DNA from: Chrysomallon squamiferum
Lineage: Eukaryota > Animalia > Mollusca
DNA length: 64,000 nt
Assembly: GCA_012295275.1 (NCBI GenBank)
Contig: CM022670.1
Location: 32,550,001-32,614,000, forward strand
Reading direction: 5' to 3'
Shown: positions 42,676 to 55,026 of the stretch, piece after piece
How the letters are laid out: the number at the start of each line of letters is the position of its first letter
How positions within the stretch are numbered: the stretch's first letter is position 1
The notes under the pieces: model-generated
The model's database searches: none
Seen by the model: only the letters and a program-made list of their open reading frames with translations
What the model was told of the DNA's origin: nothing
Program-made: the position numbers and the translations under genes

Positions 42676-44349
42676 AAATGATAAAGAGAGTAATATTAGG
42701 ATAATTATATTTTTATGCCTAGTTCAGGAGAGAAAGAAGCAATAAAAAAGAATCCAGTGTCTTTGTATATATTGTAATGAACAATTTAGACAAACAAGAG
42801 TAATAACAATAGACAGTGACAAATGTATTGTTATGCTTTCACTAATTTTATTAAGATGCAGGTGACTATTTTAGCAGAAAACAAGACAGAGAAACTAAAG
42901 AGAGAGAGAGAGAAACAAAACAAAGAGAAACATATAATCAGTGAGAGTGAGAGAGAAATTGAATAATAGTGAGTAAAATAATGAGTAAAATAGAGAGTAC
43001 GAGAGTGAGTGAGGGAATGAGAGAGAAATAGAAGTAAACAGACATACAGGCTGAGAGAAAATTAGTGAGTATTTCTGTATCCATTTTTACATGTATTACA
43101 TGTATTTATATTGCATATGATAACTCAGATGCACGAATAAGACTTACAAAACCAGATTGTCAGCCAAGTGCATTTTGATACATACTCTGTCTGCTTCACT
43201 AACATCTGACTCCGACAGAAAGAAAGAGAGAGGGAACTAGGTGGGAGTGATATGCACACAAATAACCAACAGAAATAGTTTTTAGAGAAAGGAAGGTTTC
43301 CACCCTGTATTGTTGATGAACTCTGCATAGCTGGCTAAGTTCTAACTGTATTAAGATCCGGCTGACTAACTTACAAACAGAAGGTCAGACATTTCCTGCC
43401 ACAGATTGTAAGTCATGTTACAGGTCAAAGGAAACTTTTAATCTCCGTGGATTCAAGCTTTAACTGACTCTGTAGTTTGAATTACTGTGCTCAGTTGTCC
43501 TAAGCATTTCTTACTAGCTAGGAAAGGTAAAATCGTGTACAGTTACAAATGATAGCAATCACTGGGATTGAGGGCACAATGTGGTTGAAATAAGGATTAG
43601 TTCTAGATTTTCTTTTGGAAACTTTGATATATTTAGACTTTATTTTTGTACAGTTCATTTGTTAGGAAGTTATAAGACACATTACAGTTTGAAGTTTACA
43701 TTAAACATATTGTGGATAATTATGTTTATCCAGCTTAAATAATGGATGAGACAGGAAATAGGTTGAGAGAGTACTAAGTGATATTGTAAGTTTGTTTATA
43801 TAATCTTTCTGTTGTTGTTGAACTATATTATCATTTAATTATAATAAATAAATAAATAAATAAATAAATATAAAAACGTTAAATTCTGCAGCATGCAGTA
43901 TATTTGCCAGACTTTAGGCATTTTCCAAAAACATCTCAATAATTAACCATTAAAATCCATAAGTAGTAACTGATAATATGTAGTTTCATTACTGGTAAAC
44001 AGATTTTCCAATTTGATATTTTCAAAAATAACTGCACTTCATCACTTTATGCTTGAAACTCAAATTGTCACCATTCATTAACCCTGTAATAATTGCATTA
44101 TGAACAACACTGGCAGCCTATTACAGAACTGGGAGATTTAACTGGCTGTTAGCCATACAACTTGGCATTCATAATAAAACAAGTATACCTCTGTAAACAG
44201 TAAATTATGTACTGAATAAACAGTATAAAATTAGAAATTGTAAAATGCAGATTGTTCACACAGGCAAACTATAAAAACAAACAAAACTAGTATCAACAGT
44301 GTAAATTAGAAACTATAAAACACTTCTATCTAAAATAACAGTAACTTGC

Positions 44350-44730
44350 ACATAATAATTATTGTAAATATATTGGTAATTTGTGAAGTATAAAATGATA
44401 TGATTACATATTAGTTATTGGATATTAGTAATTTGTGAAATATATAATTTTACAATAATATACTGTTAGTTTATGAAATATATATGATTAAATATCAGTT
44501 GTGCAAATTGTGTGTTTTGATTTTTATACTGGTAGTTGGTGAAATATAAATGTTACAATAATAAGCTGGTAATCTGTTAAACATATACTGATATGAATAT
44601 ATACCACTAATTTATTAATATGTAATGTTATAGAGTAGTAATCTGTGAAATATATAATCATATACCAGTAATTTGTGAAATATGTAATATTATAATTATA
44701 TATTAAAAATTTGTGGAATATATAATATAA
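44350..44730. repeat. Degenerate ~35-40 bp tandem array
   Basis: Recurring TA.T(A/G)GTAATTTGTGAAATATA.AAT. Confidence 0.75.
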
Positions 44731-45172
44731 TTATATACCAATAATGTTTGAAATACATGCTGAAGTTATGAAATGCATATATAAGTAGTCTGTGACAATA
44801 TTTGTGGGGGGGGGGTGATGTGCATATGCATAAACATACATGTGTGTGTGTGTGTGTGTCTGTGAATGAATGAATGAATATGTATTAAACTTGTGACTTG
44901 TATATAATTTTAAGATATACATTAGGAGTTTTTGATTACATATAATGTTGTTACTATGTACAAGAGTTTATCACAAGATTAAAATGGTAAAACTATCCAT
45001 GTCAGATATAGGTGTTAACAAAGCTGTCTTGTTCATAGAACAACATTCAGTTCTTTCCTTTGCAGAGATCTTCTTAGTTAAGATTTTCAAAATGATTGCA
45101 TATGTTACCTAGAGTTTATTAGATCTTAAAAATTTATTTTGAAATTTAAAATTGTATGGCTCTATGTACATT

Positions 45173-45203
<31 letters not shown>

Positions 45204-45602
45204 TTGTTTGTTTTTGGGTATGTGTGTACATTTTTGTATATTTGTGTATGTGGAGATATGTAAAGATGTTATATATTAATAACTGTTTAATATCACTAAA
45301 TATAACTTGCTACATACAGAGAAGGGAAAAAAGCTTGAAACATGAAACTAAAATTTTAGCTTGTAATTAGTTTTGAACATTAAATTATCAAAATATTGAT
45401 AATTCATTCTTCTATTTGTTCATTTGTGTGCTTATTTATTTATTTATTTATTTATTAAGTTATTTATTTAATATAACATTTTTTTTTAACATATATATAT
45501 TTAATTTTCAATGCCTTGTTTGAAAATAAAAATTCATTTATAATTAACTAAATTATTTTCTTTCCTTTTTCTTTATTGTCCTTCTCTCAGCCTTTCTCTT
45601 TT

Positions 45603-45603
<1 letters not shown>

Positions 45604-45689
<86 letters not shown>

Positions 45690-45704
45690 GTCTGTCTGTC
45701 TGTC
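45604..45704. repeat. (CT)n/(CTGT)n microsatellite
   Basis: Direct inspection. Confidence 0.97.
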
Positions 45705-46769
45705 TTCCTTCCAGCTCCTAAAATACATGTCAGTGTGTATATTTATACTTCTGGTAGCCGTCCAGCAACTAAAATAACTTGGCATTAGGTGAATTGGAAT
45801 GTGCCGCTGTAATCTCAAAATACTCACAGTGCAGTGGTATTTTTTAACAGTTTATTAACTTTGATCAAACACTCACTGCAAAATTTATACTTGACTGCTT
45901 TAATAACTTTTTGTGGAAAATCAATTGAATGGAAAAAAATTGAATTAACTTTCCTAATCAAACTGGAAATACAAAATAAGGAGGCTATATTTATACAAGG
46001 TCATTGAAAATAACTGTAATCAGAGATTATTAATAATTTCTTTTTAAAGAGGTAAAAAATAATTAATTAATTTGTTTTGTTTAGATGTGAGATTAAATAG
46101 CAGAAATCCTGTTAAGATGAATTTGAAGTAAAATTCAGACTTTTAAATATTTAAATGCCTTTGTTATTTCTGTATGTTAAATATTGTGTTTGATATATAC
46201 GAAATAACATTTTGTTTGACTATCTCTTTCATATATTTTTTTTATTGATCTGTTTATCTATTTTCCATTTATATAAAAAAATATTGTTGAAGTAAAAATC
46301 CTGAAAATTTGTGATGCAGTTTTAACTATAAGATAACATTATTAAACTTTATAATTTATTTATTTCTAGAATATTTTTTTACGGTTTAAAAAAAATGAAG
46401 AGATTTGTAGATAACCCGTTATTTATTTATTTCAGTTTAATATTAATACAGTTGTTTATTTAGATGTAATATTAGGACAGAATCATTACCTGTCTTTCTA
46501 TTCTCAAACAGTAGAACAACAAACTGCCACTTGACCAGTCTATTTCTGTGTTTACTGTTACATTTAGCTAGACTGGGTCCTGCCATTTGTTTGAAATGTG
46601 AGAAGTTTTCAGAATCAATCATGCCTACTAAATTTACTTCTAACTGGTGTTTTCTCTTCCCTCGCACTTCTGCCACACTGAAATAAATATCAGACACTTG
46701 AGTGCAGGCACTGCGAGCTCACAAACTGCTGTGGACTTTGTTTCACTGTTTGAGTGTTTTTTTTACTCT

Positions 46770-47460
46770 TCTGATTCCTTGTGAAATAACGTGTGTATAT
46801 GGTTAAATTCAGAAGCTTCATTTTAGAGTTCTGGTTCTTAGTGCAGTAAGGTGAGTGTATAGTCTGTTTGAGTAATGGGAATGTGTGATTACGTCCAGAA
46901 TGTTTCTTTTAATATTCTGGTAACTCTTTAATGGCAATGTACTGTTAAGTTCAAAAGGTTTATTTTAATATTCTGTTATCTGTTTAAATAGTGGACATGT
47001 GTGAATTAATTCAAAAGTTTCTTTCACTGTTTTGATTCCTCGAGGAATACAATGTTTGCGTATGGGTAAAATCAACATGATTAATTTACCAGTCAGTTAT
47101 CTGATGAAATAAGGTGAGTGTTTGATTTAATTTGGCAGAATTCTTTAATCAATCAAGTTGAAAAAAAATCAGTTGAAAAAGGTTTTTTTTTTCTTCTTCC
47201 TATTGCCTAGTAGAATTGTACAGATTGGAAAGATATAATATGGTTAAATTAAATAGGTTCTTTTGACTTTCTATTGCCTGGTAAAACATGGTATTAGAAC
47301 AGTCTGTATGGTTAAATTCAATAGGTTGTTTGGTCTTTCTATAGTGTGTATTGTTAAATTCAACAGGTTTCTGCTACCATTCACATATCATTTTGATACC
47401 TGATGAAAGGAGGCAGGTTGGTAAAAAAATGTGTTTGGTAAAATTGAACAGGTCGAGAAC
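46770..47460. repeat. Old degenerate ~60-65 bp tandem array
   Basis: Recurring TATGGTTAAATTCAA.AGGTT..TTT and TTCTG.TTCCT; TAAGGTGAGTGT occurs twice (46848, 47110). Confidence 0.6.
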
Positions 47461-48895
47461 TGTGATAAATCAAACAGCTGGTCTTCTTCTCTATCTCAGT
47501 TTCAAAGAACAGGAGAACTTGTCTAGGTGGGTGTGTGTGAAGTGAGATAATATACAGTTGTGATATACATGCTGTAGTGTGTAGGTAAAGGTGGTTAAAA
47601 ACATGTAGAACCCAGTGAAAATATATATAAATACATCTAAGTCCCAAAATAACTTTGTTATTCATTGATTTTGATGCTAGTTCGGTGAAGTACTTGCTGG
47701 TGCTGGCCAATTGCTGATTGCGTGTTGCACATGCTTGTTTCAGTGAGAGTGTTTCACTGTACGCTGATAGTTGTTTCACGAAATGATGTCAGTCAGTCTG
47801 AGAGGTCAGTACTCTTTAGCTTAATTCTTTCTTTGTGTCAGTGTGTGTGTGTGTATGTGTGCACATCTTGCTGTGTTTGACATTTGAAAAGATAAAATGT
47901 GTTATTGTATCTTATATAAAATTACAGCCTATTTCTTACAAGATGTAGTTTGAGTTTTGTAATTCTGTGAGCATATAGTGGTAAGTTTATTGTAGAAAGT
48001 TTTAAAGATTTTATTATATATAAAATATATATATATATATATTTTTTTTTTTGATAATTAGGATAAAATATTAATTTATTTTTGTTGTGGTTGATATTTA
48101 TTTATTTATTTTTTGTTTATTTATTATGTTACTCGGACAGCTTTATTTGGGATTAGTTATGTTTAGAGCTACAGTGCCTATATAAAAACTTTTTTTTTGT
48201 TGTTGTTGGTGTTTCTGTTTAGTTAACTGATTAGGTGTCTGATTGTCATGATTTTGCATCAGTAATACAATGATATATAATTTTATATATATATATATTT
48301 CTGTATTATTTTAAATATTTATATACATACATTTATATTCATTAAAAAAATATTTATTTTAATTAGGTATTAGCAAATGACACACATTACTTTTAATGGA
48401 ATTACAATTTTTTATTAAATTTTCAAAAACAAATCTCTATTCTGCCCCTGTTAATATACAGTTTTACTGTTACACAGAATAAACTACAAAGAGTTAATCA
48501 TCTTACTTCATTTACTCAAAACTTTTATTTTGTATATGGCTGAAGACAGTTTTTAGTTGGGTTCTTTCCATATATATATATATAAGAATTATTGAGTCAT
48601 ACTTTTAATGACCAAAATACCTAACTTCATAAAAAAATTAAAAAGTTTTATTCAAGACAAATGTTTTATATGGGCCAACATTAATCTGAATGACCTTGAA
48701 CTCATTTCCTGTTGATTTGGTTGTAATCAGATTGCTGCTAAAAAAAACCAAAAACCCCAGTAAAAATGGTTATTTTATTATTTCTTTTGCTTGAATTTTG
48801 TATTTTTATATTTAAATAATTTTAACCAGTTCTTGATAGGATGTGTTTCTTTGTGTAGTGTATATGTATGTATGTGTGTGTATGTTAGTGTTTAC

Positions 48896-48933
<38 letters not shown>

Positions 48934-49647
48934 TACTTTAAATTTGTATTTTATCTAAATTTTTGTTTTGAAGTCCACAGTCTGTCATGATGATAATCAG
49001 AAAGTCATTAGAACCTTACAAGAATAGAACTACAGTGCCTAAATAAAAACAGAATTCATTTTTTTTGTTTGTTTCTATCTGTAAATCAAAGCAGACTGAG
49101 CCGATGTATAGATTCACACATGTTAACTGTTTATCTTCAGTGATGTCAGCATGGTGCATCCATTAGTAATCTGTGTTTTCAAAATGGCTGCAGGTTATCT
49201 TCCACTGCAGCTCAGCTTTTGGCACTTTTGACTTAGCAGGATACTTGATGTGATTATAGTCAGGATTAGTTCTGTCAGGATATGCTGATAGCCATTTCAT
49301 TGTAGTTTACAGAGAAGTTTTAAAAAACAAACAAACATAACAGGTCTTTCTCCTAATGGGTTTGTTTCAATATATAAAGCTTAAATAAATAGATAAAATA
49401 AATAAAAACACCCACATGAAAATGTAGACATAGCCATTAGTCCATGTGTAAAAACACATTGCTATTTACACACCAATATGGATTTACATGTGATACATAC
49501 TCAGATACACACATCAGACTTACACGTGCACACTTATGTACACATGTACATACACAAATATAAACAAACATGTGCAGACATATGGCACATCACCTACATG
49601 TATCTATTCATCACACCAACCCATTCAAAAATGCACACAACCACAAC

Positions 49648-49681
<34 letters not shown>

Positions 49682-51540
49682 ATATAATTGTTTTCTAATT
49701 ATTCTCTTTTAATATTTTTTAATTTACTGTATTTGCTCATTATCAGCCTGTGATATTTTTATGCTGACATTTAACTTTTCTTCTCCACTGAATAAAGAAG
49801 AAAAAAGAAACTAGACTGTAAAAAACAGAATTTGCTCCAAGGTTATTGCCTTAAACCAAATGAAGCAAAAAAAAATCCATTTATTTGATGAGGACCAAAC
49901 AGAAATGTGTTTATTTGTTGAGGACACCTATGACAGATGCAATAACTCTTGTTTATTGTCTCATTATGTCTGTCTAGTTCAGAATTTTATTTCTTGATAG
50001 ATAATCTCTGAAAGATGACATGATTCTGAACCTGTTACTTGTACAGTCCCATCAGTTCAGAAATGCTCCAGGGCAAAGAAAAAATAGATATTAATAATGT
50101 TTTAAAAATTAAATTAAAATAATAGATAGATATATAGACAGATGGATAGATACATAAAATAAAATAAAATAAATATGGATAGTATATTTCAGTAAAGTTC
50201 TATAAAACTTATTGCAGAATAAAAATAGAATGTTTACATTTTTTAGCATCCTCACACATAGACAGACAGACACAAACGGACACACATGCTTTCTAAACAT
50301 ACAGAAAATGTTGAATTGCTGCCAGAAAAGATTTATTATATTTTATGGTTAGAGCAAAACATTATGGTAAAATGAAATTTGCCACACTCTAACAACCAAT
50401 TTACTTTTCATACTGATTGGTGACAGATTTTTCTAAAACGTCTATATCTGTTAACAGCTGTATGGAAATGTAGACCTGGCCAATTTTAACAATGCTTTCA
50501 TCAAAGACCTTCTCAAGCATGCATGTTCTGGAACTGATTTGAACAAAGAACTGCTCAAGCATGCATGCTCTGGGAACAAATTTTTCAAAGGCCTGGGAAC
50601 AGCTGTTATTTATTTCATATTTAAATGTTTTTAAATAAACATTTTCTTACTGCATTACTGATCAGAATAAAAAATACAATAATATAAATAATATTTTTAT
50701 TTATTATTATAATTATTATTAATTATAATAATGAATAAAAATATTTTACTATTTATCTGGAATTTTTTTTTTGTTATAATGTATATATGTAGACATGTAA
50801 TAAAAAACAAAAGTTAAAAACCTATCTATTACTATGTTATCACCATTATGAGTCATAATACCCATTTTCTTTTTTTTGTAAAGAAATATGATACCCAAAT
50901 ATCTTTTTATTTCATTAAAATATTTATTATTGATGTTCTTACAAAAAATTTAATTTCTGAAAAAGTATGAACAATAAAAACTAGAATTCTATCAGATTAC
51001 ATTGAAATGACTCTGAAGAGATATGAAACCAAACATTTAAAAAATATAATAATCTAAGAGAAGCTGTAATTTGATTTACATTTAATGTTCAAAATAGGCT
51101 GTTGTTAAGTGCAGTTTGATAATCTTCAACCTAAATTTGATTTACATATAAAGTAAAATATGAACAAGTAAATATATCTGCACAATAAAACTATACATTT
51201 AAATATTAAATATAGACACACACACACACACACACACACACACAACACACACAACACACACACACACAAACACACACACACATATCAGTATATTAACAAT
51301 TAACAGATACATACTTAGACCTATTTTTAAAAAAAATCTGCAGTGTCAGTTTATAACAGTAATCATATACCTATTTATTTTTTATTTAATTTATTTTAAT
51401 TTTTTTTTTTTTTTTTTTTTTTTTATGATATCAGGTCTGCAGCAATGTCAGTATATTAACAGTTACGCCAGATATCAAACTTAAACCTATATTTAATTTT
51501 TATGATATGTTTTCTTGTGGACTTATTTTGTTTTGTTTTT

Positions 51541-51646
51541 TAACCAGTAACAGAGCACTGGCTAGAACTGGAAATAATTCAATAGCTATATCTGTGTAGA
51601 TTCATCCTATCATGCACCAAATGAAGTAAGCAAACCACTTAGCTCT
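51541..51646 (-). mobile_element. Decayed SINE, 5' part, minus strand
   Basis: ACCAGTAACAGAGCACTGGCTAGAACTGGAAATA is reverse-complementary to the 9451 copy core. Confidence 0.55.
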
Positions 51647-51915
51647 TGCACAAAGTTTTACAAACAAATTTTGATAAATTCTAAACTGACAGATAAATGT
51701 AATTTCTCAGGATATTCTAACAAACCCACGTGCATATATACTAAATGTAAAGAGGAAGCACAATGCCACATAAAGATAACAGAATAAAACCCTTATGTGA
51801 AGGTAATGTAATCTTTACATCAGTATGTATGTAAATTTAATAATTCTAATTTAGCTTTGATGTGCTTACGAAAGTTAACTGATCAAGGTGTTGAGTGTCA
51901 GCTCGCTGTCTGCTC

Positions 51916-51923
51916 TGACGTCA
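51916..51923. promoter_or_regulatory. Full palindromic cAMP response element (CRE)
   Basis: TGACGTCA in a small GC/CpG-enriched patch; E-box CACGTG at 51727-51732. Confidence 0.45.
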
Positions 51924-52801
51924 GGACAGTCAGGTAATTGCTTCTTATACCTCATCAGTGAGGCTGCATTACATCAAAAATCTATAAACATATGTATTTA
52001 TGGGAGTATGGACTTTGAAATTAAATCTTAATAACTAGCAAGGGAGTAATTAACTAATTGTAGCAGGAGATGGGAACCTATCGTATAACATGATTCTTTA
52101 TGTTTTGTTGTTGTATTGGTTGTTATGTGTTGTAAAATGACATTTTTGTTCTTTGTTTTTTATTATATGTTTTGCTTTTGTGTTGGTTATGTTGTAAAAT
52201 GATATTTTTGTACTTTTATTTTTCTTATTCTTCAATTTTCATCAGTTGTTATTATTTTATTTTATTCTTCTTCTGATAATGAAATTTTGATGTTTCATAT
52301 TTTAATACTGTTTAGGTTCTTCCTGGTGTTTATGTATAATGGCTAAATGTTCTTTGAGTTTTAAAACCCTCTAGTCTTCCAGTTTCATTCAGTTTTCAGC
52401 TCAGATTGCAAATTTGTTATTCAGCAAGGAAAGAATTGATTTATTTAATATTTTTTATATGTCAGTGGTATTATATTACAGATCTTGTTTGTTGTAATGA
52501 TGTTGTGTTTTCTATAAAAACACTCTGAGATATGTTAAAACATTGTGAGTTGACTATAGTTTAATTAATGCATACATCTGTCAGTGAACCACCTGTTGCT
52601 GATATATATATATATATATAATACATAGATATTACTCAGACCTTTACCATTTATGCCTGTTTGGCATTTTTTTTTTTTCTTTTTTTTGGGGGGGTATCAG
52701 GTTTAATTCAGGGTAATTAATTGTTTTACTGTACTGTTAAGTTTTGAGATATGAAAGAGAGACAAACCACCCCCCAAAAAACAGAAAAAAAACCAAAAGA
52801 G

Positions 52802-52884
<83 letters not shown>
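52802..52884. repeat. (TA)/(TG)n/(AG)n compound microsatellite
   Basis: Direct inspection. Confidence 0.95.
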
Positions 52885-52887
<3 letters not shown>

Positions 52888-53250
52888 TGTGAAAGAAACA
52901 GAGAATCAGAGGAAGGAATAAATGCTCACCTGGAAGATACATAAACTCTTTTCTGTTTTATTTACACAAAATGCAATTAACTTTTCAAGTTAATCTAAAA
53001 ACAAACCTTTTATAATCCTACAACTTTTTATTTTTTTAATTATAAATAATAAAAAGTAAGACTAAGACTTACACATATGAAGAAAAAGATGAAGAGGCAA
53101 GTCTGTTTCAAGCATCGTGTTGTTGTGTGTAAAATAAAATCTTTCCAGCTTGGTAAAATGTTTACACAGGTTTAGTACCTTGCTCTTTTCATTTTACCTT
53201 ACTTAAATAACCTGTCAGCTGTTCCTAGCCAAATTCCTTGAACAGAAAAC

Positions 53251-53413
53251 GGATAGAATTAACTCAGTGCAAAACATAGAAGTGATTCTTAGAATTAATT
53301 CTCTTCAATGTACCCACTGGGCTATTTCCTGTTCCTGTTGCTCATTTATCAAATACTGTGCTTTCCTGTTCATATGAAGGTTCATATAAAAAAAAACCCA
53401 CTTTACTGTTAAT
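53251..53413 (+). mobile_element. Decayed SINE of the same family
   Basis: CCCACTGGGCTATTTCCTGTTCC...TATCAAA...GTGCTTTCCTGT...CATATAAAA...TTACTGTTAAT. CTATTTCCTGTTCC is shared with 24674. Confidence 0.6.
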
Positions 53414-53983
53414 AATAAAAAAAAGATCAGAATGTCACATTGCAGAGAAAACAAAAACAAAAAAACAACAGCAATTAAGTAAATAATAACAGCTTATTTG
53501 ACTAAGGCTACGTTTATCAAATCGGCAGTTGGAATCATGCCTCGATGACTTGTAATTAGATTGAGGCGTGCTGTTCAGTGTCTTCACAGTATTTAGCGTT
53601 TAATTAAATGATGTTGCTGACAAATGTGTTGATCGAATCATGAGCCTCACTAGACACAATCATATTATTTCTATAACTGCAAACTAAGAATGTTGTTTTG
53701 TTTTGTTAATGTGGACAAAATATATGTGACCTTTATAAAGAACAGAGGAATGGCTGAGTTCTCTGTTCAGGCCAGACAAGCTGAAGACTTGTGTATTCTT
53801 ATATTTGTACATACACAGATGTATATATACACACAAATGTATATGTGAGGATGTATCTCTGTATAAGTTTGCATGTGTGTATTCATGTACTTACAAATGC
53901 ATACACATACACACACATATAGACATAAAACATATATATACATACACATACATATTTATAACCACGTGCTTCCATATATACAT

Positions 53984-53987
<4 letters not shown>

Positions 53988-54039
<52 letters not shown>
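53988..54039. repeat. (AG)n microsatellite
   Basis: Direct inspection. Confidence 0.95.
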
Positions 54040-54045
<6 letters not shown>

Positions 54046-54767
54046 ACTCTTACACACATAAATACACACATGTATACAAACAAACATCAATTCAAAAACA
54101 TTCAGAGAAACACATATTTACATACACATTTTCATTCATTTTTCACTACAGCTATTGACTTCATAACCAACACAACTGTTTCTCTATAAAACTAGTTGTT
54201 GCTTGGCAGAAATTGCCCTTGCTCTTCTTGTAATAGCTGGAGTCCTCATTTTTTAAAATTTTCTTTAAAATTCTGTTGAACAAGATTATATCATACTTCA
54301 TTTTGTCATTTAGCTTCTGCATACTAAGGTGTTCTTTTCAAATCCCCCTTTTGTAATACACACCCTCAAACTCATACAAAACATACTCACAAACATAACC
54401 ACAGACACCAACTAACACACATACACACTACACACAACAGCAAAACACAAACTTATGGAAACATCCACATATCAACAGAAACCACACGTACAGACAACAA
54501 AACCCACACACATACATATCACACAAACACACACATGCACACACAACACATACAGACGTGTCCCATAATTTATTATTTACAACACTGTCAGCTCATTGTG
54601 TTCGGTTCAGACAATTCTGCAGCATTAGCCAGTGCTGTTCTACTTGTGTGTCGTTTAACCATACTCTGTTTGCTCCATGCTGTGTTTGCTCCATGCTGTG
54701 TTTGCTCCTTGCTGTTGTGTAAGGACAGTTTCCATCCACAGGTAGTTAATACAATTCTTGATTACAT

Positions 54768-54781
54768 GTTACTATGGAAAC
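54768..54781. promoter_or_regulatory. RFX X-box
   Basis: GTTACTATGGAAAC fits the 14-bp imperfect palindromic X-box consensus (GTTNCCATGGNAAC type). Confidence 0.5.
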
Positions 54782-54901
54782 TTGGCAGTGAGAAAAAGCA
54801 GATGGAGTGTTAACAGTGAGATAGAGATACCAGTCAGTTGACTGGGGTTTGCTCTGGGTGTGTGTCGTATTCTTTCTGTCTTTCCTCTAACCTTGCTGGT
54901 T

Positions 54902-54930
54902 ATGTGGCACAGCATGAAGGTATTTTACAA
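54902..54930 (+). CDS. Candidate alternative first coding exon MWHSMKVFY(K/N) of a PDE4 isoform lacking the first UCR1 exon
   Basis: Two in-frame ATGs (54902, 54914) and an in-frame stop upstream. Donor CAA|GTAAGC in phase 2, the same phase as the UCR1 exon donor. End of a GC/CpG-enriched block, followed by T-rich sequence. X-box 120 nt upstream. Confidence 0.4.
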
Positions 54931-54995
54931 GTAAGCATTTTTTTCAAATTTATTATTTTTTTTAATTTATTTTAGTAGTATTATTTTTGTCATTG

Positions 54996-55026
<31 letters not shown>

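Noticed and set aside
46848-47120. Two consensus donors AAG|GTGAGT
   Set aside because: Both lie in a degenerate tandem array; the ATG frame before the first ends in TAA immediately before the donor, and I saw no suitable ORF before the second. A non-coding 5' exon cannot be excluded.
47381-47779. 132-aa minus-strand ORF as a nested gene, by analogy with genes nested in Drosophila dunce introns
   Set aside because: GTG start, overlaps a decayed tandem array, no recognisable protein features; I found no supportable nested gene anywhere in the window.
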